IMG/VR virus record: IMGVR_UViG_3300032301_000242
Span: 1-25,725 of that record
DNA length: 25,725 nucleotides
Source of the DNA: a virus
Taxonomy: Duplodnaviria > Caudoviricetes
Direction: 5' to 3' (one strand)
The notes under the pieces were generated by a model that had not been told where the DNA came from, did no database searches, and worked only from the letters and a program-made list of their open reading frames with translations. How positions within the stretch are numbered: position 1 is the first letter of the stretch; the number at the start of each line of letters is the position of its first letter. The position numbers and the translations under genes are program-made. Below are positions 8,289 to 17,982 of this stretch, in pieces.

Positions 8289-9797
8289 TTATTTATCTTT
8301 TAAGGTGTCTTTTAAAGACATGGAAAAGATCTTGTGGTCAAACTTTTCTTTTTTGTATATCTTAACACGTTCTTCAAAGTGACGGAAGATATGGTTCTTA
8401 TGTTTTAACCAACAAAGATCATCCACAATATCAAAAACTTTTAGTGTTTTCTTTTTTGCAGAAACCCTAAGACCTCTACCAATACTTTGCAGCAATCTAA
8501 TTATAGACTTAGTAGGCGAGGCAAAAATAATATTGTCGATATTAACAATGTTGATACCAGCGCTAGTAGTCCCATAACTCGCAACCAATATAGCATCTCT
8601 TTCCGTATCAACGACTTTTCTAATATATTCTCTTGTATCTGCTTCTGTTTTTCCAGAGATGAAATATATTGGTCTACCGCTTTTTGCTGACTCCAAGAGA
8701 GCGGCGAGAGGCTTCCCGTGATCTTCGACGTAATTGAAGAGAACGAGCGTGTTGCCTTTGGTTTTGAGGGCAAGTTCTTTGACAAATTCGTTCCTCTTAT
8801 TATTAGTTATAATCCACTTTAATTCGTCAGGATATTTTTGCTTTTTGATGAGTTGTTTCTCCTCATCAGTGTACTGCAACAGAATACAGTCGATTCCAAT
8901 AGTGGCAAGCAATCCCTTGTTCATTAGGTTTTTTGTTTGAATGAACTGAATGGCGGGACCAAGGATACCTTCAATGCTCAGTCGATGTGCTTGTGCTTGA
9001 TCTAGGGTTCCTGTTGTACCAATGCGAAACCAAGCCTTGGCAAGCTTCTGACCAATCATGTTGATTGATTCTGCTTTAGCCTGATGACATTCGTCAAAGA
9101 AGATGGCATCAAACTGATCAAACCACTCTCTTGGTAGTTTGTATATTGATTGCCACGTAGAGACTACTATCTGTTTATTAGTATCTTTATCTACTCCTGC
9201 AGAGATTTTATGAAGATACTTCTTGCAAGACCATGATGAATCTTGAGAAGAGTAATCAAAAAAGTCAGAATCCATTTGATTCACGAGACCAACTGTTGGT
9301 ACGAGAATCAAAATCTTTCGATTTGGCGATAAGACGGATTGTAGAAATCGGACCAAGACGTAAATTATCAAACTTTTGCCCGAACCAGTAGGAGAAATTA
9401 ATACGCATCTGTGATGGTTCAAAGCATGCATAATAGCCTGTTGCTGATGGGCATGCATCCGCACTGGCTTCTTCTTTACCGATACCGCTAGGGTATCGTA
9501 AAATTGAGCAAGCTGTGTTTCCTTTATACATAAAGGATTCCTACTCTCTTTTATATTTAATGAGTATTTACGATCTTGCGAAAACTTATCAAGATAAGTT
9601 TTTAAACCACGTGGAAGAGTGGATGTAAAAATATCATATAATCGTATTTTTCCATCCCATATGCGCCTTTTGAACATAGGCATATACTGGGCACCGGGTA
9701 CCATGAACGAGAAATAATCTCGTAATTCTTGCTTGATTCCTTTTTCTGCTTTGATGTAGTAACGAACTTCATCTACAGATTCAACTTCAATATCCAC
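8289..9797 (-). CDS. uvsW: SF2 DNA helicase UvsW
   Basis: FSFMVPGAQYMPMFKRRIWDGKIRL N-terminus, Walker A SPTGSGKS, STWQSIYK, DECH and LQSIGRGLR; GTG start. Confidence 0.96.
   Translation of the reverse strand: MDIEVESVDEVRYYIKAEKGIKQELRDYFSFMVPGAQYMPMFKRRIWDGKIRLYDIFTSTLPRGLKTYLDKFSQDRKYSLNIKESRNPLCIKETQLAQFYDTLAVSVKKKPVRMHAHQQQAIMHALNHHRCVLISPTGSGKSLIIYVLVRFLQSVLSPNRKILILVPTVGLVNQMDSDFFDYSSQDSSWSCKKYLHKISAGVDKDTNKQIVVSTWQSIYKLPREWFDQFDAIFFDECHQAKAESINMIGQKLAKAWFRIGTTGTLDQAQAHRLSIEGILGPAIQFIQTKNLMNKGLLATIGIDCILLQYTDEEKQLIKKQKYPDELKWIITNNKRNEFVKELALKTKGNTLVLFNYVEDHGKPLAALLESAKSGRPIYFISGKTEADTREYIRKVVDTERDAILVASYGTTSAGINIVNIDNIIFASPTKSIIRLLQSIGRGLRVSAKKKTLKVFDIVDDLCWLKHKNHIFRHFEERVKIYKKEKFDHKIFSMSLKDTLKDK
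8290..8297 (-). promoter_or_regulatory. Late-promoter variant overlapping the uvsW stop
   Basis: GATAAATA on the - strand, formed by the last uvsW codons (GAT AAA TAA), upstream of the SD and start of ORF 7596-8267. Confidence 0.55.
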
Positions 9798-9801
9798 ATA
9801 A

Positions 9802-9809
9802 TATTTATA
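9802..9809 (-). promoter_or_regulatory. T4-type late promoter for uvsW
   Basis: Perfect TATAAATA on the - strand, overlapping the uvsY stop and 4 nt before the GTG start of uvsW. Confidence 0.75.
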
Positions 9810-10242
9810 CTATGCCGTTCATCATTTTTTGCCAGTCAATAGCAGACTTGATATTAAAGTTTCGGTTGTTTATGGCCTTTAGAAACTCCTCAACCATCTT
9901 TACTTTAATTTCATTGACAGCAACTTTAGATTTTAATTCAACAATCTTAGGATCACCATCAATAAACTTTTCTACATCAGTTTTTAGTAGATCTAAATCA
10001 AATGGTTCTTCTCCCCATGCTTCCAATTCTTCTTTGGATGCTTTGCCAGTCAAAATTTTCCATTTACGCAATCTTTGAATTGCATAATCATTTTGGTGTT
10101 TGGTCAAAAGTAATTTAAAGTCTGTAAGCATATTAAGATATTTGGCGTGTATTTGAGGTATCTTAAGAGCTTCTACACCTAATTCTGTAGAGTCTATTTG
10201 AGAATCTTTAGTAATATTATTCTTGAGGTCTTCTAGATTCAT
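9805..10242 (-). CDS. uvsY: Recombination mediator UvsY
   Basis: KDSQID.TEL..EALKIPQIHAKY, PF....LKTDVEKFIDGD and INNRNFNIKSAIDWQK motifs; 145 aa; adjacent to uvsW. Confidence 0.93.
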   Translation of the reverse strand: MNLEDLKNNITKDSQIDSTELGVEALKIPQIHAKYLNMLTDFKLLLTKHQNDYAIQRLRKWKILTGKASKEELEAWGEEPFDLDLLKTDVEKFIDGDPKIVELKSKVAVNEIKVKMVEEFLKAINNRNFNIKSAIDWQKMMNGIV

Positions 10243-10251
10243 TTGGTTTGT

Positions 10252-10279
10252 AGTATAAAGTATCTTAGGAAAAAGTCAA
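10252..10279 (-). promoter_or_regulatory. Sigma70-like promoter for uvsY (TTGACT-N16-TATACT)
   Basis: - strand -35 TTGACT (10279-10274) and -10 TATACT (10257-10252); 9 nt to the ATG. Confidence 0.65.
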
Positions 10280-10286
10280 CTAAATA
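10279..10286 (+). promoter_or_regulatory. Possible late promoter for the glycan island
   Basis: ACTAAATA shares the CTAAATA core seen upstream of gp23. Confidence 0.45.
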
Positions 10287-10288
10287 AC

Positions 10289-10316
10289 TTGACATCTTTA
10301 TATGATGTATTATATT
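10289..10316 (+). promoter_or_regulatory. Sigma70-like promoter for the glycan island (TTGACA-N16-TATATT)
   Basis: Perfect -35 TTGACA at 10289-10294, -10 TATATT at 10311-10316, and SD-like GAGG before ATG 10331. Confidence 0.65.
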
Positions 10317-10330
10317 TACTGTGAGGTCTT

Positions 10331-10990
10331 ATGATTATTGATTTACGGGAAACCAAAACACTTTGGATTAATTTAGATCGAGCTATAAAAAATGCAGAAG
10401 ATTTAACAAAGCAATGTGAAATTCATGGAATAAAAAACCATGAAAGATTTCCAGCCATTGTAGTAGATCCTTCAAGTCATTTATGTGTAAGTCATCATCC
10501 ACACATGAAGCCATATTTGGCTGGTTGTGGGCTTTCTCACATAGAATGCATTAAAAAAAGTATTGGTAATGGTCCGACATTGGTTTTGGAAGATGATGCT
10601 CAGATTACACCAGCATATGAGAATATTATAGAAGTTCCAGATAATATTGATGCACTTTATCTGGGTGTTTCTACCGGTTCTCAACAATATTTGAGTTGTG
10701 CATACAATGAAAAATATTTAAGAATAGGTAGAATGTTGGCAGCACATGCGGTTGTTTATATATCTGAACGGTATAAACAAGCAGCATTAAAAGAAGCAGA
10801 AAGATTTGTACACGAATTACACTATCCGTGGGATATATCACCTGCAGTAATTCAAGAACACTTTTTAGTATTGACTCCAAAAATGCCATTTTACATTCAA
10901 TCGGATGACAGACAATCTGAGCACAAGTGGCAATTTTTTACAGATAAAGCAATACAAGACAAAGGTTATAAATTTAATGATAACTTTTAA
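10331..10990 (+). CDS. Glycosyltransferase, GT25-like
   Basis: WINLDR, ERFPAI, GCGLSH, LVLEDDA, LYLG and HAVVY pattern of GT25. Confidence 0.75.
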   Translation: MIIDLRETKTLWINLDRAIKNAEDLTKQCEIHGIKNHERFPAIVVDPSSHLCVSHHPHMKPYLAGCGLSHIECIKKSIGNGPTLVLEDDAQITPAYENIIEVPDNIDALYLGVSTGSQQYLSCAYNEKYLRIGRMLAAHAVVYISERYKQAALKEAERFVHELHYPWDISPAVIQEHFLVLTPKMPFYIQSDDRQSEHKWQFFTDKAIQDKGYKFNDNF

Positions 10991-11765
10991 AAATCTAGGG
11001 GCATATGGCAGAATGGGAAACCAGATGTTCCAGTATGCACTTTTATATTCAATTGCTAAGACAAGAGAATATGAATTTGGTATACCATATAATTTAAAAT
11101 CAAATAATCCATATTTTAATATGTGTTTGTCAGATGCTTTTGATAATTTATCAGCAAAAAACAGCGACGATGCTCATATCATATATCAAGCAAAAGAAAA
11201 AGTTTGGGGATATAATGCAGGAATTTTTGGTATATCTGACAATACCGATATACTTGGATATTTTCAAAGTGAAAAATATTTTCTAGATTACAGAGAACAT
11301 TTATTAAAAGAATTTAAATTTAAACAAGATATAAAAAGAACAGCACTTGATATTAGAAGTATTACAAAGGAACCAGTAATATCTGTACATCTTAGATTGG
11401 GTGATTACAAAAATTTAGTTGGTAAACATCCTATTTGCACTTTAGAATATTACAAAGAAGCTCTTGGTAATTTACCAGAAGATTTGTTAATTATAGCTTT
11501 TAGTGATGAACCCGAATTAGCAAAAGATTTATTTAATTCTTTAGAAAGAAAATATTTTATTACAGAATCAAATAATCAATATGTTGACATGTGCACTATG
11601 TCACTGTGTGATTATCATGTTATAGCAAATAGTAGTTTTAGTTGGTGGGGTGCGTGGCTAGGAGAAAGTAAAAAAGTTATAGCACCAAGCCAATGGTTTG
11701 GTAATTCTCCCGATATGCCAAAAAATTGGTCAGATATTTATTGCAAAGATTGGATTGTCATATAA
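10977..11765 (+). CDS. GT11 (alpha-1,2-fucosyltransferase family) glycosyltransferase
   Basis: GRMGNQMFQYA, GYFQSEKYF, SVHLRLGDY, FSDE, IANSSFSWWGAWL and VIAPSQWF. Likely start is ATG 10977 rather than 10905. Confidence 0.92.
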   Translation: MITFKNLGAYGRMGNQMFQYALLYSIAKTREYEFGIPYNLKSNNPYFNMCLSDAFDNLSAKNSDDAHIIYQAKEKVWGYNAGIFGISDNTDILGYFQSEKYFLDYREHLLKEFKFKQDIKRTALDIRSITKEPVISVHLRLGDYKNLVGKHPICTLEYYKEALGNLPEDLLIIAFSDEPELAKDLFNSLERKYFITESNNQYVDMCTMSLCDYHVIANSSFSWWGAWLGESKKVIAPSQWFGNSPDMPKNWSDIYCKDWIVI

Positions 11766-12385
11766 TGTTATTTGATATTACTCAATATATAAAAACACAA
11801 ATTAATGGAATTATTCAAATCGGAGCCCATCATGGCAATGAATATGAAACATTAAAAAAATTATCTGAAAATATTTTAATGTTTGAGCCACAAAAAAAAG
11901 TTTATGAAAAACTTTTTAATAAATTGGGATCATTCTCAAATGTTATTATAGAAAATAAAGCTCTGGGATCTTCTAGAGGGACTATGATTATGTATACAGA
12001 ACAAGCAAATGGAGGACAGTCTAGTTCTCTTTTGGTGCCTCAATTACATTGTTTGCAATATCCTGGCATAACATTTAATGGAACTGAGGAAGTTGAAGTT
12101 ATTACATTAAATGAATATTTTACCAATAAAGTTTTTAATTATAATTTAATAACATTGGATGTGCAGGGATATGAATTAGAAGTATTAAAAGGATCTTCTG
12201 ATTTATTATTAAATGTTGATTATATTTTATGCGAGGTTAATCGCGCAGAACTTTATAAAGATTGTCCAATGGTAGAAGATATTGATAAATTTTTAAATAA
12301 TTATGGATTTATCAGAGAGATCACATCATGGGATGGTGGTACTTGGGGCGATGCATTATATGTACGGACAAATGTAAAAACATGA
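11765..12385 (+). CDS. FkbM-family SAM-dependent methyltransferase
   Basis: IIQIGAHHG, FEP, SSSLL and LDVQGYELEVLKG motifs. Likely start 11765 (TAATG overlap). Confidence 0.9.
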   Translation: MLFDITQYIKTQINGIIQIGAHHGNEYETLKKLSENILMFEPQKKVYEKLFNKLGSFSNVIIENKALGSSRGTMIMYTEQANGGQSSSLLVPQLHCLQYPGITFNGTEEVEVITLNEYFTNKVFNYNLITLDVQGYELEVLKGSSDLLLNVDYILCEVNRAELYKDCPMVEDIDKFLNNYGFIREITSWDGGTWGDALYVRTNVKT

Positions 12386-13206
12386 CTATAAAATATATTT
12401 CAGCTTTTGGTAGTCCATTTTCTCATGACGTAACTTCGTGTCATAATATACCTCCTAAAAACTTTAAATGGATATTTAATGAGCCGTCTATATCTGATAT
12501 AGAAGTTTATATGGATTATGATATATTAGGTGGATGTAATAGCAAAAGTAAAAATAAATTTTTATGGTTGTGTGAATCTAGAGATATAATAAAAGAACAA
12601 TATAATTTTGTAAAAACCAATTATGTTTTTTTAAAACAATTTTATAAAAAAATATTTATTAGTGATAAAAGTTTTTTAAGTATTGATAATATATTTCAAT
12701 ATTGTCCTCCAGCTTCAAATCAAACTTGGATACTTCATAAAAAAATATATCCTAAAACAAAATTAATTTCTATGGTATGTTCTGGAAAAAATAAAACAGT
12801 CGGTCACATTTATAGAAATAATAAAATGAAAGAATTTCAATTAAAAGGATATGAAATAGATTATTATGGAAGAATTTTTAATCCTTTTAATAAAAAAGAA
12901 GATGTTTTAAATGATTATTATTTTTCTATAGCAATGGAAAATGGAGTATATTCTACGTATTATACAGAAAAAATTATGGATTGTTTTGCAACTGGAACAA
13001 TACCAATTTATTATGGAACGACGGATATAATCGATTACTATAATAAAGACGGTATTATATTTTTGGATGATTCATTTGATATGTCTAAAATAACTGCAGA
13101 ATATTATTATTCTAAAAAAGATGCAATTAAAGACAACTATGAGCGGTGTTTAAAACAATTAACTGCGGATGACTATATATATCAGAAAATAAGTGAATTG
13201 ATTTAA
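12382..13206 (+). CDS. GT10-like (alpha-1,3/4-fucosyltransferase family) glycosyltransferase
   Basis: YYFSIAMENGVYSTYYTEKIMDCFATGTIPIYYG matches the GT10 motif. Likely start 12382 (ATGA overlap). Confidence 0.82.
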   Translation: MTIKYISAFGSPFSHDVTSCHNIPPKNFKWIFNEPSISDIEVYMDYDILGGCNSKSKNKFLWLCESRDIIKEQYNFVKTNYVFLKQFYKKIFISDKSFLSIDNIFQYCPPASNQTWILHKKIYPKTKLISMVCSGKNKTVGHIYRNNKMKEFQLKGYEIDYYGRIFNPFNKKEDVLNDYYFSIAMENGVYSTYYTEKIMDCFATGTIPIYYGTTDIIDYYNKDGIIFLDDSFDMSKITAEYYYSKKDAIKDNYERCLKQLTADDYIYQKISELI

Positions 13207-13209
13207 ATT

Positions 13210-13974
13210 ATGAGAAATGAAAAAATAATATTTGCTTGTGCAGTGCGAAATTGTGAGAAATATTTAAATAATGTCTGTTCTAATATTTTTAATTTAGCAT
13301 CTCTATTTAAAGAACATAAAATTATTTTTATTGAATCTGATTCATCTGATAGAACCCTAGAAGGTTTAAATTATTTTAAAAGTTTAAATTCAAATATTGA
13401 AATTATTTCTTTGGGACAATTAGAACCACAATATCCGGCAAGAACAGATAGAATTGCAATTGCAAGAAATACATATCTTGACATAGTTGAATCAAAATAT
13501 AAAGATTATGATTTATTGTGTTTATTTGATGCAGATGATAGATCGTCCAATCCAATAGAACCCTCTGCAATATTATCAAATTTAAATTATGATAATTGGG
13601 ATATGATGTGTGCAAATCAAGAAAATAAATATTATGATTTGTGGGCTTTACGACATCCCATATGGATGCCTTTTGATTTAATTAAACAGTTAAGACATAA
13701 GCCATCATTTATGTCTTATAACACAGCTAACAATATTTTTTCTTTATCAAGACAAATAATTATTCCTCGTGATCATTCTCCAATTAAAGTAGAGTCAGCA
13801 TTTGGTGGAATGGCGTTGGTAAAAATACCTTCAATTAAAGGTGCACGACATTCAAGCCGAGACGAAGATGGAGAAGAATACTGCGAGTGGGTTCCATTTT
13901 GTAAATCTCTTAATAATGGAAACGCCAATATTTACATAAATCCAGCATTTATTAATGGTAAAGGAAATATATGA
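13210..13974 (+). CDS. GT-A fold glycosyltransferase (GT2-like / CAP59-GT69-like)
   Basis: VRNCEKYL, IESDSSDRT, RIAIARN, DADD (DxD), YYDLWALR, VESAFGG and IYINP. Confidence 0.7.
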   Translation: MRNEKIIFACAVRNCEKYLNNVCSNIFNLASLFKEHKIIFIESDSSDRTLEGLNYFKSLNSNIEIISLGQLEPQYPARTDRIAIARNTYLDIVESKYKDYDLLCLFDADDRSSNPIEPSAILSNLNYDNWDMMCANQENKYYDLWALRHPIWMPFDLIKQLRHKPSFMSYNTANNIFSLSRQIIIPRDHSPIKVESAFGGMALVKIPSIKGARHSSRDEDGEEYCEWVPFCKSLNNGNANIYINPAFINGKGNI

Positions 13975-14756
13975 AACGAGTAGCTTTTACAATAATTTTA
14001 AACGGACTTCATCATTTAAAACATAATGATTATTATAAATTTATAATTGATAATTTTGATATGTGGGTTATTGCTGAAGGTGCTGTAGAGAGCCGTGGTA
14101 GCACTTCTTGGTGTAAAAAAATGCCAGAGAACCTTCACAATAATGGTCGTAGTGTAGATGGTACTTTTGAATTTTTAAAAGATTTATCTGAAAATCCAAA
14201 AGTTGAAGTTATTATTTCTGAAGGACTCTGGTCATCTAAAGATGAGCAAGTAAATGCTGCAATAGAAGTTATTAAAGAAAAAACCAATAATACTTTTTTG
14301 TGGCAAATTGATTGTGATGAACAATGGTCATTGGAAAATATTGAATTGGCTGAAAAAACTTTGTTAGATAATAATCTAGACTCCGCTGCATTCCCAGCTC
14401 ATTCTTGGCTTGGCCCAAATATAGTCGCTAAAGGAGAATGGGGCGAGTGCGTAAATGACGGATATAGGAGATTGTGGAAGTGGAAAGGGCAGCAATTTAA
14501 ATCACATGAACCTCCTTTATTGGTTGGAGGAAACGGAGCACATGCAGTATTGCCAATTTACTTTAACCATTACAATTATTATTTTGAACAAGATGTAAGT
14601 TTTAAAGATCAATGGTATTCGAGGCACGAAGGTATTTTAAACAATTGGAAAAAACTTCAAACAAAATCAAAAGAAGACTTTCCAGTAGGCATTGACCATT
14701 TATTTGATTCTGGTTGGAATAAAACGACAAAAACAAAACTTTTTTATGTAAATTAA
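13971..14756 (+). CDS. GT-A fold glycosyltransferase (GT2-like)
   Basis: VIAEG, SVDGT, KDEQVNAA and LWQIDCDEQW (DxDE). Confidence 0.65.
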   Translation: MKRVAFTIILNGLHHLKHNDYYKFIIDNFDMWVIAEGAVESRGSTSWCKKMPENLHNNGRSVDGTFEFLKDLSENPKVEVIISEGLWSSKDEQVNAAIEVIKEKTNNTFLWQIDCDEQWSLENIELAEKTLLDNNLDSAAFPAHSWLGPNIVAKGEWGECVNDGYRRLWKWKGQQFKSHEPPLLVGGNGAHAVLPIYFNHYNYYFEQDVSFKDQWYSRHEGILNNWKKLQTKSKEDFPVGIDHLFDSGWNKTTKTKLFYVN

Positions 14757-14758
14757 AT

Positions 14759-15412
14759 ATGAATAATACAATTGATGTTGATTATGTTTATATATGTCAC
14801 TGGGATAAATTAGTTGAAAGAAAACAACATGTTCTTGAACAACTTAAAATACAAAATATTAATAATTATTCTTTTATAAATTTATATGATAAAAAAAATT
14901 GGAATATTGAAGAAATAAAAAAAGAATATCCTTTTATTTTTGATAAAGATCCAAAAGATAATAGATTTTTAAAAATGTCAGAAATATCTTTGTTATTAAA
15001 ACATTGTTGGTGTATAATTGATGCATATAATAAAAAATATGATTCTATAATGATATTAGAAGATGATGTAGTTTTTTGTGATAATTTTATTCATTATTTT
15101 AATAATTTTAAAAAACAGTTACCAAAAGAATGGGATTGCTCTTGGGTTGGTGGATGTTGTAATTTATATAAACAAATATTAGACCCAAATATAAATGTAT
15201 ATCCATCGAATACATCCAGATGTTGTCATTGTTACATTTTAAGTAAAGATGGCATAAATAAAATAGTTAAAGAAATAAAAAATATAAATCAAGTTATTGA
15301 TTGGTATTTTAATGATATAATACCCAGATTAAGATTAAATGCTTTTTGGTTTGAGCCAGCTTTAGCAATTCAAAGTTCAATTTTTAATAGTACAGTACAA
15401 ATAGAGGAATAA
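14759..15412 (+). CDS. Glycosyltransferase, GT25-like
   Basis: YICH....ERK, SEISLLLKH, IMILEDDV, CHCYILS and IDWY. Confidence 0.8.
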   Translation: MNNTIDVDYVYICHWDKLVERKQHVLEQLKIQNINNYSFINLYDKKNWNIEEIKKEYPFIFDKDPKDNRFLKMSEISLLLKHCWCIIDAYNKKYDSIMILEDDVVFCDNFIHYFNNFKKQLPKEWDCSWVGGCCNLYKQILDPNINVYPSNTSRCCHCYILSKDGINKIVKEIKNINQVIDWYFNDIIPRLRLNAFWFEPALAIQSSIFNSTVQIEE

Positions 15413-15413
15413 T

Positions 15414-16262
15414 ATGAATATATCTTTTGCAGATTTTTGGGATGGTTTTGAAAATGAAAATAATTTTTTTATAGATTTGTTAAAAACAATTAATACAAAA
15501 TATAATTTTATTCCATATTCAGAACATACAGAGGTGTTAATTTATTCTTGTTTTGGAAATTCTCATTTGCGATGCAATAAAAATAAAGTAAAAAAAATAT
15601 TTTACACAGGAGAAAATTTAAGACCAAATTATGAAGATTGTCATTTTAGTTTGACATTTGATTTTGATTCATATGATGATAAAAATATTCGTCTCCCATT
15701 GTGGATGTTACAGATAGATTGGTTTGATAAAAAAAATTATAAAAACCCACAATATATTATTCCAAAAAATTATTTAAAAACAAATCCGTTTAGTGAAAAA
15801 CAAAAAAATAAATTTTGTTCTATTGTTTTTAATAACAGATCACCGCATAGAATAGAAGTTATACAAAAATTAAATAAATATAAACAAGTAGATTGTTATG
15901 GAAAACCTTTTAATAATTGGTTTTATGGAGAAGATACAAAACTATCCGTAATTTCAGATTATAAATTTAATATTTGTTTTGAAAATTCTATAAGTCCTGG
16001 ATATTATACAGAAAAAATGATTCATGCAAAAACTGCTGGATGTCTGCCATTATATTGGGCAGACAATAATTGTGAAAAAGATTTTAATAAAAAATCATTT
16101 TTAAATTTATACAATTTTAATAATTTAGATGAATTTGTAGAAAAAATTATAGAATTAGATAATAATGATAAAGAATATAACATGATCACATCAGAATATC
16201 TTTTTGAAAATAAAGAACCAAGCTTGGATTACATAAAGAAAGAAATTGGTAAAATTTTATGA
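15414..16262 (+). CDS. GT10 (alpha-1,3-fucosyltransferase family, Helicobacter FucT-like) glycosyltransferase
   Basis: F.DFW, KIFYTGENLRP, RLPLW, KFCSIV and YKFNICFENS..PGYYTEKM..A..AGCLPLYW. Confidence 0.9.
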   Translation: MNISFADFWDGFENENNFFIDLLKTINTKYNFIPYSEHTEVLIYSCFGNSHLRCNKNKVKKIFYTGENLRPNYEDCHFSLTFDFDSYDDKNIRLPLWMLQIDWFDKKNYKNPQYIIPKNYLKTNPFSEKQKNKFCSIVFNNRSPHRIEVIQKLNKYKQVDCYGKPFNNWFYGEDTKLSVISDYKFNICFENSISPGYYTEKMIHAKTAGCLPLYWADNNCEKDFNKKSFLNLYNFNNLDEFVEKIIELDNNDKEYNMITSEYLFENKEPSLDYIKKEIGKIL

Positions 16263-17335
16263 ATTACGCATTAATTACAGGCTCTGCTGGTTTAATTGGT
16301 AGCCAATCCGTAGATTTTTTTCATAATAAAGGATATCATATTATTGGAATAGACAATAATATGCGTTCTTATTTTTTTGGAGAAAATGCTTCAACAGAAT
16401 TAACAAAAAATGCCCTTGTTGAAAAATACAAAAACTATACACACTATGATTATGATATAAGAAATTATAGTGATGTGGAAAAAATTTTTAAACAATATGG
16501 TAGTGATATTAAAATTGTAATACATGCTGCAGCACAGCCATCGCATGACTGGGCTGCAAAAGAACCAATAACAGATTTTAGTGTTAATGCTATGGGTACT
16601 TTGAATTTATTAGAACTTACACGACTATATTGTGCCGAATCTACATTTATATTTACTTCAACTAATAAAGTTTATGGAGATAGACCAAATTTTTTAAACA
16701 TTCAAGAAGATACCACCAGATATGAATGTTATAAAGAGAATAGATTGTATTCTGTAGATGAATTTATGTCAATAGATGACACAAAGCATTCTGTGTTTGG
16801 TGCATCCAAGGTTGCAGCCGATATTATGTGTCAAGAATATGGAAAATATTTTGGAATGAAAACAGGTATTTTTAGAGGAGGCTGTTTGACTGGACCAAAT
16901 CATGCAGGTACAGAATTGCATGGATTTTTATCTTATCTTGTAAAATGCATTGTTAATGATATTCCTTATACTATTTTTGGTTATAAAGGGAAACAAGTAA
17001 GAGATAATATTCATAGTTTTGATTTGGTAAATATGTTTTGGCATTATCATAAAGATCCAAAATATGGTGAAGTATATAATGTTGGAGGTGGAAGAAACAA
17101 TTCATGCTCTATAATAGAAGCTATTAATTTGATTAATAAAAAATTGTCCAAGAATTGGGATAAATATACTATAAGTGATAAAAATAGAATTGGTGATCAT
17201 ATTTGGTATATAAGCAATTTAAGTAAATTTAAAACACATTATCCTAATTGGGATATTACTAAGACATTAGATAATACTCTTGATGAGATGATAACCTGTG
17301 AAATTCGAAAGATAAAAAATGCAAAGACTATTTGA
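16259..17335 (+). CDS. NAD-dependent NDP-sugar epimerase/dehydratase, CDP-paratose 2-epimerase (RfbE)-like
   Basis: ITGSAGLIG Rossmann motif, AAQPSHD, TSTNKVYGD, FGASK, GKQVRDNIH and YNVGGG. Confidence 0.85.
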   Translation: MNYALITGSAGLIGSQSVDFFHNKGYHIIGIDNNMRSYFFGENASTELTKNALVEKYKNYTHYDYDIRNYSDVEKIFKQYGSDIKIVIHAAAQPSHDWAAKEPITDFSVNAMGTLNLLELTRLYCAESTFIFTSTNKVYGDRPNFLNIQEDTTRYECYKENRLYSVDEFMSIDDTKHSVFGASKVAADIMCQEYGKYFGMKTGIFRGGCLTGPNHAGTELHGFLSYLVKCIVNDIPYTIFGYKGKQVRDNIHSFDLVNMFWHYHKDPKYGEVYNVGGGRNNSCSIIEAINLINKKLSKNWDKYTISDKNRIGDHIWYISNLSKFKTHYPNWDITKTLDNTLDEMITCEIRKIKNAKTI

Positions 17336-17981
17336 CGAAGCACATCAACCACACGAAAAACATTTACCGTATCCCCAACCATGGGAATTTGTACACGAAC
17401 ATTTTTTTCATAATGTAAAAAATAAATTTTTTATTGAAATTGGTGCGAGTAATGGTTTAGATAGTTCTAATACTTCTTTATTTGAGTTTTATTTAAATTG
17501 GAATGGAATTTGTATTGAGCCAAATAAAGTTCAATATGATAAATTAATTAAAAATAGAAATTGCAAAACTTATAATTGTTGTGTTGGAAATGAAAATGCT
17601 ATTAAACAATTTTTAGAAATAAAAGGTCCAGTTTCACCATTAAGTGGTTTAATGGAAACATATGACCCACGTCATTTAGATAGAATTGCAGCAGAAGTTA
17701 ATAAAACAAATGATGTAATAGAAAAGAAAAATATTGAAGTTAAAACTTTAGCAACAATAATGAATGAAAATAATATTACTCATGTAGATTATTTGTCTAT
17801 AGATGTAGAAGGTGCAGAATTGCAAGTTTTAGAGGGAATTGATTTTAAAAATCATAATATAGATGTTATTTCTTTAGAAGATAATGGTTACACGGATGAA
17901 CCAAAATTATTTTTATTAAACAAAAATTATCAATTTATTACAAAAATTTGTAGTGATTTAATATTTAAAAAGTTGACATAA
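17319..17981 (+). CDS. FkbM-family SAM-dependent methyltransferase
   Basis: FFIEIGASNG..SNT, WNGICIEPN and VDYLSIDVEGAELQVL.GIDF. Confidence 0.9.
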   Translation: MQRLFDEAHQPHEKHLPYPQPWEFVHEHFFHNVKNKFFIEIGASNGLDSSNTSLFEFYLNWNGICIEPNKVQYDKLIKNRNCKTYNCCVGNENAIKQFLEIKGPVSPLSGLMETYDPRHLDRIAAEVNKTNDVIEKKNIEVKTLATIMNENNITHVDYLSIDVEGAELQVLEGIDFKNHNIDVISLEDNGYTDEPKLFLLNKNYQFITKICSDLIFKKLT

Positions 17982-17982
17982 A

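Noticed and set aside
704-9797. Introns, inteins or homing endonucleases in gp20, gp23 or uvsW
   Set aside because: All have ordinary lengths and continuous motifs; no HNH, GIY-YIG or LAGLIDADG ORF seen.
10905-12381. ORF-track starts at 10905, 11726 and 12328
   Set aside because: They create long overlaps; downstream ATGs at 10977, 11765 and 12382 give normal family N-termini and short coupled overlaps.
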